Origin: Candidatus Heimdallarchaeota archaeon
Lineage (GTDB): Archaea > Asgardarchaeota > Heimdallarchaeia > Heimdallarchaeales > Heimdallarchaeaceae
Assembly: GCA_030668875.1 (NCBI GenBank)
Contig: DAOVER010000023.1
Location: forward strand, 24,173-56,172
DNA: 32,000 bases
Direction of reading: 5' to 3'
Every line of letters starts with the position of its first letter. Positions within the stretch are counted from its first letter, which is position 1. Of this stretch, positions 1-9,281 are shown one piece after another. The notes under the pieces are model-generated. The model had not been told where the DNA came from. It did not search any database and saw nothing but the letters and a program-made list of their open reading frames with translations. A program made the translations under genes and the position numbers.

Positions 1-239
1 CTTTTCGTCCCAACAGAATATCGTCCAGAGATGGGTATCCTAGTCCCCTGGATAGGACCTGGTGCGAGAATGATTTTATTATCAGAAGAAAGAGGATCAA
101 TCTTAGCTTCAAGCTCTTTGTAAAGGAAGTAACTCAAATAGCCTGTTCCACCCATGTATTGGAAAACAACAGAATCGGGAATTTTTTCTGTAGTTACTGT
201 TCCTTCAGTTAAATTAATCCGTAAAAGATTGTCATTCAT
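1..239 (-). CDS. aor: Aldehyde:ferredoxin oxidoreductase (AOR/WOR family) paralog, N-terminal part only (runs off the window edge; absent from the ORF track)
   Basis: Manual translation from ATG at 239: MNDNLLRINLTEGTVTTEKIPDSVVFQYMGGTGYLSYFLYKELEAKIDPLSSDNKIILAPGPIQGTRIPISGRYSVGTK. This is clearly homologous to the N-terminus of the AOR at 6190-8001. GGAG lies just upstream of the ATG. Confidence 0.93.
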   Translation of the reverse strand, partial: MNDNLLRINLTEGTVTTEKIPDSVVFQYMGGTGYLSYFLYKELEAKIDPLSSDNKIILAPGPIQGTRIPISGRYSVGTK

Positions 240-250
240 GCATCTCCAGA

Positions 251-283
251 AATTTGAGATTTTTTAAATATTGTTTTCCAACT
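251..283 (-). promoter_or_regulatory. Promoter element of the first aor (TATA-like TTTAAAAA on the minus strand, flanked by imperfect AATTTG/CCAA arms)
   Basis: Plus strand aatttgagattttttaaatattgttttccaact begins 11 nt from the ATG. It resembles the element at 8014-8044, which begins 12 nt from the second aor ATG. Confidence 0.5.
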
Positions 284-323
284 GAAACAAAAATCACTTT
301 TGAGATGACACAAGAGTATATTC

Positions 324-764
324 TTGCTAGAAATTCTTAATACAAATAAGGATAAAATCAAAACCATGATTGTGTGTGACTCCTTCAAAGCTCTCTTTAA
401 AACAGGAAAATTTAGAAGAAAGGATACTATCACTACTATTGCTAAATGTTTTGAGAAAACTTGCTTGTATAAACCAATTGCTGAAATTAGTCATGACATA
501 GGTGTAGTTAATGTTGGTAAAGCAAAGAGTAAACGATTAGCTTTAAGAAAAGCTCTAAAATTAATTTCTAGAGAACTTTCTAATGAAGTTGATTATGACC
601 TTGTATTTTCAAAAATTGAATCTGATAAATATTTCTCAATAATTGAGAAAAAGATTAGAAAACAATTTAGGATTAAGGAAGTACTCCATTGGGAATCTTC
701 ACCTATAGTAATCTGGGCTATCGGAAAAAAAAGCATCAAATTTGCATTAATCCCTCATTTCTAA
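324..764 (+). CDS. Basic hypothetical protein (weak resemblance to a THUMP-like RNA-binding domain in the C-terminal half)
   Basis: 146-aa Lys-rich ORF filling the gap between the divergent aor and the convergent Fe-S gene. Start uncertain (TTG 324 or ATG 366). No diagnostic motif. Confidence 0.55.
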   Translation: MLEILNTNKDKIKTMIVCDSFKALFKTGKFRRKDTITTIAKCFEKTCLYKPIAEISHDIGVVNVGKAKSKRLALRKALKLISRELSNEVDYDLVFSKIESDKYFSIIEKKIRKQFRIKEVLHWESSPIVIWAIGKKSIKFALIPHF

Positions 765-823
765 TTCTATAAAAGTTAATTAATCCATATTTAGTTCATC
801 GCAGTTTTTCATTTAACCTGTCT

Positions 824-1786
824 TCAAGATTTCTTACTCTTTTTTAGGAACCCTTCTTTAATCTGTTCATATGAAGTGTAATTAAATGGGCAAACTTTGA
901 TACAAACACTACAACCATATTCATTCATAAAATGAGGCATACATTTAGTATTTTCAACATGGGTTATTTGACCACTTTCATGGAGTACTGGCTCATCTAG
1001 AATTGCTCCACCAGGACATTCTTTGATGCACTTTTTACATTGTTTACAATATTCTCTTACCCATGCATGTTCGTCTTTTTCAGTTTTTGGTAGATTTTCA
1101 ATACTCGTATAAACAGCTGTAAGCCTAAAACGAGGACCAAATTCTGGTGAGATCATAATTCCTGAGTAACCCAGAGAAGCTAAACCTGCTAATTGAGCCA
1201 TAGGAGGATATAACGCGGCACCCATGAGAGGATGACCAGCATGAGCTGCGAAACCTTTCTTTCGAAGAAATGCTGCAATTTTATTTGAGACTATTCCCAA
1301 GTCGTCATATGTTTTCAACACTTCATGAAGACATTTAACACTAGGAGCAGTATCTATTTTTTCTTTGTCCATCTCAAATCCTAGAACAATGACATTTGTA
1401 CTTAGAACTGCCTTATTTTCAAAAACGAGGTGTTCCGGAATTTGAGCGTATCCAACTATACCAGCACCCTTCTTATTGGCTAGTTTCACTAAATCTGCTA
1501 GTTCCTCATCAGTGATAGTAGTCCTTGGTTCCTCAGGATTATTCTTCAAAGAATTAATTACTTTGTTCTGATTTCTAATAACAGAAACCATCATTGGAAC
1601 AACTCTAGGACCGAATCCTGATCTTTTTCCATACTTGCTACCTTCTAGCATAATCTCATATCTTGCAGGGGAATCTTTAGTGAATTTTACAAAATCTTCT
1701 TTCTCGGATAAACTGTTTTCTCTCTCAAATAGCCCTCCCATAAATTTTTCCATTATGAAATTTTGAAATTTATCTAATATACTCAT
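824..1786 (-). CDS. Reductive dehalogenase-like / QueG-superfamily cobalamin and 2x[4Fe-4S] protein, cytoplasmic
   Basis: AQLAGLASLGYSG and PEFGPRFRLTAVYT motifs. Two C-terminal Fe-S motifs, CKQCKKCIKECP (CX2CX2CX3CP) and CMPHFMNEYGCSVCIKVCP (CX9CX2CX3CP). No TAT signal. Confidence 0.8.
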   Translation of the reverse strand: MSILDKFQNFIMEKFMGGLFERENSLSEKEDFVKFTKDSPARYEIMLEGSKYGKRSGFGPRVVPMMVSVIRNQNKVINSLKNNPEEPRTTITDEELADLVKLANKKGAGIVGYAQIPEHLVFENKAVLSTNVIVLGFEMDKEKIDTAPSVKCLHEVLKTYDDLGIVSNKIAAFLRKKGFAAHAGHPLMGAALYPPMAQLAGLASLGYSGIMISPEFGPRFRLTAVYTSIENLPKTEKDEHAWVREYCKQCKKCIKECPGGAILDEPVLHESGQITHVENTKCMPHFMNEYGCSVCIKVCPFNYTSYEQIKEGFLKKSKKS

Positions 1787-1949
1787 TAAACCACTCTATT
1801 AGATAAGAAACATCAAATTAGGTTATTAAATGTTATCTCAATTTTTGTTATTTCTCAAAACCTTCCTTTATCGTCGCATAATCAGTGTAATCATATTCAT
1901 TTTAAAAAAGGTTATAACTGTTTAAGCAATGGATAAAGTGGTTTACTGT

Positions 1950-3902
1950 ATGTCTAGAAAAGGAAAAATAATCCCAATAATGCTAATTTTACTAATTTCA
2001 ATGCAAATATGTTCCAGTCAAAATATTGAGGCAAGCTACACCATTGCTGAGTTGGTATTGAAAACAAATGGAGGAGGAGTTCGTCCAGATTATGGTCTCT
2101 TCATTGCTTCTTATTTAAGAGATATTGGTATAGATGTACAGGTTAAAGTTGAAGAATGGACAGCATTTGTAGGTTGTCTATTACAAACTCACGATTATGA
2201 TATGGGTATAGTAGGATTATCAGAAGGAGGTACATCACCAGATATGTACGATATATATGGTGCGGATGGTTCACTAAACTTGTTTGGAATTACAAAAGAA
2301 ATGCCTTATGGAAATGACAGTGAGAACATGTTGCTAGAAGGACCAACAATTATGGATTTGGAAACTAGACAGCAACATTATTACGATTGGCAACAATTGA
2401 TGATGGATCGAATTGTACCAATACTACCCTTGTTTGCTCCTCAATCTTATGTTGGGACATGGTCTAACTTGAATGGATATGACGCAAACTGGGGATTACT
2501 CCACTCTCTTCCTCGAATGTCGTTTAATGGTTTACATGAAGGGCAAGAATCAATTGATGAGTTTAGAATTGCTGACGCCAATTGGCGTGATCTGAATCCG
2601 ATGTTTTGTGACTGTGGTGGAAGATATAGTTTTATTGGAAAAGCTCTGAATGAAGAAATTGTCATACTTTCACCTGATTTAGCACCAACCAAAACTGGTT
2701 TAGTGATAGATTGGGAACTAATAGATGATTTCCATTTTAAGTTCTATATGAGAGATGATGTATTTTGGAATCCCTCTTACAATATTACTGTAAGAGATGA
2801 AAATTCTATACCATTAAGTGATATCCCAACTTCTCAATTAGCAAGAGGGTTAAAAAACAATGAATACAGTGATGGTTTTAATCAGAAAGTTACTGCAAAA
2901 GATGCTGTATTCACTTTTCTTCTGTGGAGCAGTACAATTAGTGAATCACCCGGTTATCATAACTGGATTTCCAATATTTATGTTGACCCAGAGGACCCTT
3001 TAGCTTTTCATATTCATATTGACGGAGATCCAAATACTCCAGAATTAGAATATTATCCTGAATTTTGGCAAAGATTAAACTGGATAATAATGCCTGAATT
3101 CTTCTTAAATTCAAGCGAAACTACTGTTACTTATTCATCAGGAGGGGTTAAAACTGTAGGTTTGTACTGGGGAATGTTTGATACTCCACAGTGGATGATG
3201 AATAGCATTTCACAATTTGGCTGTGGGAAATATTTACTAGATTACCACATTAGAAATGGTAAAACCGTTCTAAGAGCTAGTCCATTTTGGTTGGGAGTAG
3301 ATCCAATAGATGGATCAGTTGAGGTTTTAGATATCAAGACAATAACTGTTGATATGATTCCTTATCTGGAAGAAGAATTGGCTGCATTTATGCACGGAAA
3401 ATTAGATTGGAGTGGTTTGACTGCATATCCTGCTATGAGGAAGATGATGCAAGCAGATCCAAGATTCGATGTGCAATCATTTCTAACTTCTAGTTTTACT
3501 TTTCTGTTTTTCAATCTCCAACGTCCCTTTTTAGGCGGAGATTACAACTATATGTATCTAACCTCCTCTCCTGATAAAGAGGCTTACACTTATGGAATTG
3601 CAGTTCGAAAAGCTATTTGTTACGCAATCGACAGAGAGGAGATGAATGAAATTATCCATAATGGTGACTATATCATCGCACACAGTGTGCTCTATCCATA
3701 TACGGGCTATTTCTATTATGATGACATAATCAAATACAACTATGATCTCGATGTTGCTAAAGACTGGATATCTTCTGGAGGATATACTTGCCCAACAACA
3801 ACCAATATTGCATTGTTACCCATTATTATTTTCGTCTTTGTTATGTTTTCATTAACACTAAGAAAGAGAGTCAAAAAAAGAAAAAATAAGGATTATGCAT
3901 AA
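1950..3902 (+). CDS. Family-5 (DppA/OppA/NikA-like) ABC solute-binding protein, circularly permuted, with N-terminal signal peptide and C-terminal TM anchor
   Basis: SBP5 motifs: IGIDVQV, RQQHYYDWQQLM..PILPLF, DLNP..W..FYMRDDVFW..VTAKDAVFTF, GCGKY, VRKAICYAIDREEM, YNYDLDVAKDWI..GY. Signal-like MSRKGKIIPIMLILLISMQ from ATG 1950 (ORF track starts at 1929). Ends in a Thr-rich linker, hydrophobic helix and Lys/Arg tail. Confidence 0.9.
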   Translation: MSRKGKIIPIMLILLISMQICSSQNIEASYTIAELVLKTNGGGVRPDYGLFIASYLRDIGIDVQVKVEEWTAFVGCLLQTHDYDMGIVGLSEGGTSPDMYDIYGADGSLNLFGITKEMPYGNDSENMLLEGPTIMDLETRQQHYYDWQQLMMDRIVPILPLFAPQSYVGTWSNLNGYDANWGLLHSLPRMSFNGLHEGQESIDEFRIADANWRDLNPMFCDCGGRYSFIGKALNEEIVILSPDLAPTKTGLVIDWELIDDFHFKFYMRDDVFWNPSYNITVRDENSIPLSDIPTSQLARGLKNNEYSDGFNQKVTAKDAVFTFLLWSSTISESPGYHNWISNIYVDPEDPLAFHIHIDGDPNTPELEYYPEFWQRLNWIIMPEFFLNSSETTVTYSSGGVKTVGLYWGMFDTPQWMMNSISQFGCGKYLLDYHIRNGKTVLRASPFWLGVDPIDGSVEVLDIKTITVDMIPYLEEELAAFMHGKLDWSGLTAYPAMRKMMQADPRFDVQSFLTSSFTFLFFNLQRPFLGGDYNYMYLTSSPDKEAYTYGIAVRKAICYAIDREEMNEIIHNGDYIIAHSVLYPYTGYFYYDDIIKYNYDLDVAKDWISSGGYTCPTTTNIALLPIIIFVFVMFSLTLRKRVKKRKNKDYA

Positions 3903-4001
3903 TAGAATCTCTAATCTCTTCACTTCTTCTCATACTTCAATTAAAAAGAATATTTTTGTCAGTTGAGAGATGTAGTTGTGAATAAGACAAAGAAAGATTC
4001 T

Positions 4002-6083
4002 CTATTTAGTTTCTTGGAATAGTTCATTAACAGATTTATCAAGTTTCATCGTAATCTGTCCAATTTTATCAGATTTTACGAAATCTTTTTTCTCTAATAT
4101 TTCAATGATTTTCTCAGTTTCATCTGCAAATTTAAGTATGCCTTCTTTTATCCCATATGAGAAGCTATCAGTAAAAAAAGCAACAGTAAAATTTTCTCTA
4201 GGTTCTAGTAATACAAGATAATCAGTGTGTTCAAGCATTCTAAATTCACCTTTTTTCATTGAAATTTCAGAACTAAAATTCTGTATTGCATTAATTAAAC
4301 CTGCTATTAAAAGCTCATCATCACTAATTCTTTCAGACTTAAAATTATATGAATAAACAGGTAACCCAGAAGGAAGTATAACCAACAAGAATAACAAAAT
4401 TGGTTTTTCTTCTGAGGAAGAAATATAAGTGGTTTCTTTTACTCCTCTCTCTGAATAATCCATCATTGAAATTTCGAATTCCGTTCTCATTTGAAGTATT
4501 GCTTGTTCAATATCTTCTTGTTTTGATCTCTCTTTTAAATCTAAAGCTATTTTCAGATTTCTTTCAGCTCTTTCGCATTGTTTTTGTAAATTGTATTCTT
4601 TACAGACTTTTACTATTCTATTTAAAACATCTTGAGCTAGTTCGTATTTAAAAGAAAGAATATACACAGTAGCAAGAAGCAGATTATAATTAACCATTTG
4701 AAAAATAGATTTATATTCTCTAAGAAGTATCACACATTCTTGACAATTTAACTCTACCTTTTCAATGAATTTATTCCTTAAATCAAGATCTTCTGTAGTT
4801 CTATATTTGATAATTAAAAGTTCGATCAGATAAATTAGACCTTGAAGGATTAATGGTGCAAAATTGTTTTTCCTAGCCAATTTAATACCTTCAATCAATT
4901 CCTGTTCTGATGCAAAAATATTCATTTTTTTCAATTCTATAAATCCTTTAGAGATGTGCCAAGTAGATTTATTTAGTGTTTCTTCCTCTTCTTTAACTTG
5001 CATTATTTCGTAATACTTCTTCAAATAGCTCTCTGCTAAATCAAATTTACCATTTATTGCATAAAATTCAGTTGCCTCAAGATATATGTCATCATTTTCT
5101 ATGTCATGTTTCTTCATACTGTCAAAAGCTTTAATCAGATATTCTTCAGCTTCATCCATTTTTTCCATGGATCTTAAACAAGAGTAGATGTAATTATAAA
5201 TAACTAGGATATTTCTTTGGTCTTGAAATTTACTCATTATATCAATGAAGTTATAAAAATACTTTATAGCTTGATCAAATCTTCCTTCTTGGATTAATAA
5301 TGTTGCAATATTTGCTTGACATACTGCCATTCCTCTCTCAATATTATTTCTTGAAAAATGTTCTAAACCTTTAGAGAATGCTTTTTTAGCTTCTGAATCT
5401 CCCAATATGTTCAGAGCGCTTCCAAATGAATTGTATAGTGTTCCTAGAATGAAGCTATCTTCTATTCTTTCTATCTCTAAGATATCAATACCCTTTTTGA
5501 TCGAAACCAAGCTTTTATGATGATTTCGTTCTACTTGATGCAATACACATTCAATATGAAAAAGTAAGGCTTTTTCTTGTCTATAAACTAGATTATATTT
5601 CTCGTTACTTTTTATTTCTTCGAGAATATTTTCTGTATATTGAAGAATTTCTTTTGCTTTTTGAAAATCACGTTCATAGATGAAGAAATAAGTTTGCCAT
5701 ATTAAGAAATCAATTTCAGAGACTAAGAGTGATTTATCTGTTCTTGTTATTGGAAAGGAGTTTAGCATGCTTTTAATTTTCTCTTTTTGACTTTGTCTAA
5801 TTAAAATCATCAAATAGCTTGAAGCCACTTCTAAAGTCGGATATTTTTCATGAAGTTCTTCAAGTTTTTGGAATTGGAAATAAATCATTAAAACATAGGA
5901 AATGATGGCTAAATAAACTGGAGGGAGTTTAACTGAAAGAACTATTTCCCATTTCATAACTAAACTGTCAAAATATTCTTCCAAGGACTCGTAATTTTCA
6001 AAATAAAATAGCCCATCGTGAAAACTTATGTCTCTTTCTGTGAGAAATGGGAGATATTTTGATAATTCTATCAAGTCTTTCAT
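4002..6083 (-). CDS. TPR (MalT-like) repeat protein with C-terminal longin-like domain
   Basis: TPR-type helices (LGTLYNSFGSAL..LGD, ANIATLLIQEGRFDQAIKYF). The last ~130 aa (4002-4403: LLVILPSGLPVYSYNF..DDELLIAGLINAIQNFSSEI..LEHTDYLVLLE..FTVAFF) match the archaeal longin pattern. ATG 6083 preferred because a TATA-like box sits at 6104-6111. Confidence 0.8.
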   Translation of the reverse strand: MKDLIELSKYLPFLTERDISFHDGLFYFENYESLEEYFDSLVMKWEIVLSVKLPPVYLAIISYVLMIYFQFQKLEELHEKYPTLEVASSYLMILIRQSQKEKIKSMLNSFPITRTDKSLLVSEIDFLIWQTYFFIYERDFQKAKEILQYTENILEEIKSNEKYNLVYRQEKALLFHIECVLHQVERNHHKSLVSIKKGIDILEIERIEDSFILGTLYNSFGSALNILGDSEAKKAFSKGLEHFSRNNIERGMAVCQANIATLLIQEGRFDQAIKYFYNFIDIMSKFQDQRNILVIYNYIYSCLRSMEKMDEAEEYLIKAFDSMKKHDIENDDIYLEATEFYAINGKFDLAESYLKKYYEIMQVKEEEETLNKSTWHISKGFIELKKMNIFASEQELIEGIKLARKNNFAPLILQGLIYLIELLIIKYRTTEDLDLRNKFIEKVELNCQECVILLREYKSIFQMVNYNLLLATVYILSFKYELAQDVLNRIVKVCKEYNLQKQCERAERNLKIALDLKERSKQEDIEQAILQMRTEFEISMMDYSERGVKETTYISSSEEKPILLFLLVILPSGLPVYSYNFKSERISDDELLIAGLINAIQNFSSEISMKKGEFRMLEHTDYLVLLEPRENFTVAFFTDSFSYGIKEGILKFADETEKIIEILEKKDFVKSDKIGQITMKLDKSVNELFQETK

Positions 6084-6159
6084 TTTCACACCCAAATCAG
6101 CTAATATTAAACCTTATGATAATTGTCAGACACGGGATATTAAAGGGCGTAATAAGATA

Positions 6160-6178
6160 AGGGAGACTTTCCTCCCCT
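6160..6178 (-). terminator. GC-rich hairpin followed by a U-rich run just downstream of aor
   Basis: gggag-actttc-ctccc stem (extendable with a G-U pair on the minus strand) about 12 nt after the aor stop, followed by atcttatt on the minus strand. Confidence 0.35.
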
Positions 6179-6189
6179 TCTTCAAGTGT

Positions 6190-8001
6190 TTACTCGATTT
6201 TAAGTTTATTAATCTTCTCTCTTTTAGGAACTCCGTATTCATCTAAACCTCGTTTTTCATATAACAACTGTAAAGACTTATTGTAATCTTCTTCACTGAT
6301 GAATGCTTTACTCCCTTTTGCTCTTCCTGAAGGTAAAGGTTCATTCATGAATCTCTTTGGAAGTACATCATAATCAATTGGTTTTTCATCCTCATATTGA
6401 TTGATATTGAAAAGTCGTTTTGTTATCCATATTCTTTGAGCTATTTCCATTAGTTCTTCTTCTGAAACTTCTCTATCCCAGAGAGCAGATAATATATTTT
6501 GTCTGTCAGCAAAACTAAATCCTTTGTCAATTGAATATGAAAAAGAGCATACTACTAAACAGTCTAGAAGAGTTTTGTAATCCTGCTGATCTTTCAAAGA
6601 GTCTATTACTTCTAAGGCGCTCTTATCAGGGATATCTGATGTTTGTGGCCAACCACGCATGTGGGATGCCCCTACAGCAGCTGTAGAATAGCTCAAACCT
6701 AAACCTAGTCGTCCTCTTGGATCCCAAGCGGCAAATGGCAAACCTTTAACATGAATTGCCAAATGCTCAATTCCCCAATGTTTTGCTGCTTGAGCATTAC
6801 CTCTTGCTAGTATCTCACCTATACCTTTTCTATTGGCTATTAGTTCTAGCATTTCCAGAAGTTTCTCATCATTTCCAAATTTTATTCCCTCGAACTCTTC
6901 TCCTTTAAGTAAACCTTTTTCCACCGCTTCCATTACCATGGCTATTCCACTACCCGTACTGATTGTATCTAATCCTAACTGATTGCACAGATAGTTAGCA
7001 TGAATAATCGTTTCATTATTACTTATTCCACAATTCCCTCCGAGCATTGCTAAAGTTTCATATTCAGGACGAGCAATTTCCTTTCTATCTGTCCACTCAA
7101 AATCAGAACCATCAAGAGTACTTGAACAACCTACAGGACAACCATAACACGGACGTTTTATTGCTTTGTATTTCTCGTCCATCTCTACTCCTCCAACTTT
7201 TTCGTATTCCTCAAACTCTCCCGATTGCCAATTTCTTGTTGGGTATTGACTCATTTGATTTGCGAAAGCTACTGCATCGCTAGTTCCATATTTGTTCATA
7301 CCTTTTCCTGCATCTATTGCTTTCTTTGCTCTAGCAAGATACTCTTTTCGTAGTTCGTCTATTTTCTCTTGATTACCATTTGTTGGTCGTGAAAATCCTT
7401 TTACAGCTACAGCTTTCAGGTTCTTTGAACCAAATACTGCACCTAATCCACCTCTTCCTGGATTTCTATGACTATCAGCTGTTGGACAAGATATTGCGAC
7501 AAGATTTTCTCCTGCTGGGCCTATGCAGATGATTCTCATCTTTGGCTCGTTTTGCTCTTCTTTTATCATATCTTCAGTTTCATAAGATAATTTTCCCCAA
7601 AGTTTTGACGCATCTTTAATTTCAACAGCATCATCTTTGATTGAAATATAAACTGGCTTTTCAGCTTTACCTTCAATAATAATCAAATCATATCCAGCGA
7701 ACCTTATTTCTGGACCCAAAAAACCACCAACATGACTATCAAGGAAGTGATTAGTTAAGGGACTTTTTGCTCCAACAGCGTATCGCCCAGTTATTGGGAT
7801 TCTCGTTCCAGTTGCAGGACCTGGAGCAATAATTATCTTGTTTTCTGGTCCCAAAGGATCTGTTTTTGGTGCTAACTCTTTGTAAAGATAGTAACTAATG
7901 TATCCTGTTCCACCAATATAATTTTTCCAAACACTTTCAGGAATTTTCTCTTTTAAGATTTCATTAGTTGTAAGATTAATTCTTAGAAGATTATCATTCA
8001 T
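6190..8001 (-). CDS. aor: Tungsten-containing aldehyde:ferredoxin oxidoreductase (AOR/WOR family)
   Basis: AKSPLT..DSHVGG, CIGPAGENL, GRGGLGAVFGSKNLKAVAV, CYGCPVGC plus distal CLVVC ([4Fe-4S] ligands), PEYET, LGLDTIS, HVKG..AWDPRG..GASH. Likely start is ATG 8001 (MNDNLL), matching the paralog; the ORF track uses TTG 8010. Confidence 0.95.
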   Translation of the reverse strand: MNDNLLRINLTTNEILKEKIPESVWKNYIGGTGYISYYLYKELAPKTDPLGPENKIIIAPGPATGTRIPITGRYAVGAKSPLTNHFLDSHVGGFLGPEIRFAGYDLIIIEGKAEKPVYISIKDDAVEIKDASKLWGKLSYETEDMIKEEQNEPKMRIICIGPAGENLVAISCPTADSHRNPGRGGLGAVFGSKNLKAVAVKGFSRPTNGNQEKIDELRKEYLARAKKAIDAGKGMNKYGTSDAVAFANQMSQYPTRNWQSGEFEEYEKVGGVEMDEKYKAIKRPCYGCPVGCSSTLDGSDFEWTDRKEIARPEYETLAMLGGNCGISNNETIIHANYLCNQLGLDTISTGSGIAMVMEAVEKGLLKGEEFEGIKFGNDEKLLEMLELIANRKGIGEILARGNAQAAKHWGIEHLAIHVKGLPFAAWDPRGRLGLGLSYSTAAVGASHMRGWPQTSDIPDKSALEVIDSLKDQQDYKTLLDCLVVCSFSYSIDKGFSFADRQNILSALWDREVSEEELMEIAQRIWITKRLFNINQYEDEKPIDYDVLPKRFMNEPLPSGRAKGSKAFISEEDYNKSLQLLYEKRGLDEYGVPKREKINKLKIE

Positions 8002-8013
8002 TAAAAACAAGAC

Positions 8014-8044
8014 AATTTGGAGAGTTTTAAGGTTTTTCCAAATT
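8014..8044. promoter_or_regulatory. Perfect 8-bp inverted repeat bracketing the aor TATA box
   Basis: AATTTGGA-N15-TCCAAATT. The spacer reads CTTAAAAC on the minus strand, about 25-30 nt upstream of ATG 8001. Confidence 0.55.
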
Positions 8045-8094
8045 TATTGTACAAGAAGGAAAACTAAAAAAAGTTTCTTCAAAGTTTGTAGTAG

Positions 8095-8394
8095 ATGATT
8101 TACAGAACTGTAGCTCCTTGTAAGAAGAAAAAAGGGTTTGAAGGTCATCCAGAAGACTTCTATGATATCTCGTTATCGAAGCTAAAAGGAGCATTGTCTA
8201 AGAAGCTAGATGCTTATGAAATACTTCGTGAGACAAAAATTATGATGATGTTAGTAGACAATAGTTCTGGCAATAAAATCTCTATTTTTCCTTCAGCAAG
8301 AGTTTTCATCCATGGATCATTAGAAGAAGAGGAAGCGTTAGAAATTCTCAAGATTATTAGTTCCGCTGTAGTTGAAATTTCCTCAGATGAGTGA
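8095..8394 (+). CDS. Small archaeal protein, probable TBP-like fold (resembles the C-terminal domain of some MoeB/ThiF proteins)
   Basis: 99 aa. The pattern KISIFPSARVFIHGSLEEEEALEI (beta-hairpin then helix) and an N-terminal APC motif. Divergent from aor. Confidence 0.55.
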   Translation: MIYRTVAPCKKKKGFEGHPEDFYDISLSKLKGALSKKLDAYEILRETKIMMMLVDNSSGNKISIFPSARVFIHGSLEEEEALEILKIISSAVVEISSDE

Positions 8395-8441
8395 CATCCG
8401 TTACAGAAATATTATATATGAATGACTAACTATTTATTTCT

Positions 8442-9275
8442 GTGCAAGGTGGAGTTCATTTATTATCTGGTTTAATTATTGCTAGCTTAAGTAAACGAAA
8501 AGCGTTTAAATTAGGAGCGGTTATTGGAGCAATATTACCCGACATAGATATTTTTCTGCTTGGTCCTTTCTATTTTGTTTATGGTGCTAGTATTGCTGAG
8601 CTTCATCGAACTTTTACCCACAGTTTACTCTTTGTAATCTTGATAGGAGGGTTAATAGCTAGCTTATCTTTTGTACCATTTATCAAGAAACGTTATCCTG
8701 ATTTTGATTTTGTTGGTTTAGCTCTTGGTATTGCTTTTGGTATGTTAGTTCATATCGTCCTAGATATGTTCTACTTCTATGGGATTCAATTATTTTGGCC
8801 TTTTTGGGATGCTGCAATCGGTTGTCCCTTAATCTCTGAAGCTAACCATGTCGATTGGATAGGATGTCCTATTATCACTCAAAACAATCTAGACCCAGCA
8901 ATCCCTGCAGATTTATTTAAGCTCAAACTGCTTCAAACCACTGATTTCTATACTGATATCTTCTTCTTCTACATACCTATGATCATTCTAGCATTTAGGA
9001 AAGGAGTTCATAAAAAAGCAAGAATGTTCTATCTGGTTTATGCAATAATAGATTTTCTAGTTATAACATTCTTTGTAATCTTTGCCTTCAATACAAATAT
9101 TGGATATGAGCAGTTTATTGTCTACCTCTACATCCCAGGAATATCCTTTCTTCTTCTTTCAGTTTTAGCACCATTTTTCTTTAGAGATGTTATAAAGGAA
9201 TTCACATTCGATGCAAAAACTATAGTCCTTATCTTATCACTATTTGTCTTCTCTCAATTCTTGCTGTTCGTCTGA
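8442..9275 (+). CDS. Membrane-bound metal-dependent hydrolase (YdjM/DUF457-like)
   Basis: H..SG, GAILPDID, HRTFTHSL and HIVLD motifs with multiple TM helices. TATA-like TTATATAT about 26 nt upstream of the GTG start. Confidence 0.88.
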   Translation: MQGGVHLLSGLIIASLSKRKAFKLGAVIGAILPDIDIFLLGPFYFVYGASIAELHRTFTHSLLFVILIGGLIASLSFVPFIKKRYPDFDFVGLALGIAFGMLVHIVLDMFYFYGIQLFWPFWDAAIGCPLISEANHVDWIGCPIITQNNLDPAIPADLFKLKLLQTTDFYTDIFFFYIPMIILAFRKGVHKKARMFYLVYAIIDFLVITFFVIFAFNTNIGYEQFIVYLYIPGISFLLLSVLAPFFFRDVIKEFTFDAKTIVLILSLFVFSQFLLFV

Positions 9276-9281
9276 TTTCCA

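Noticed and set aside
824-1786. Naming the Fe-S protein queG or rdhA
   Set aside because: Motifs place it in the shared superfamily but do not resolve function; no gene symbol assigned.
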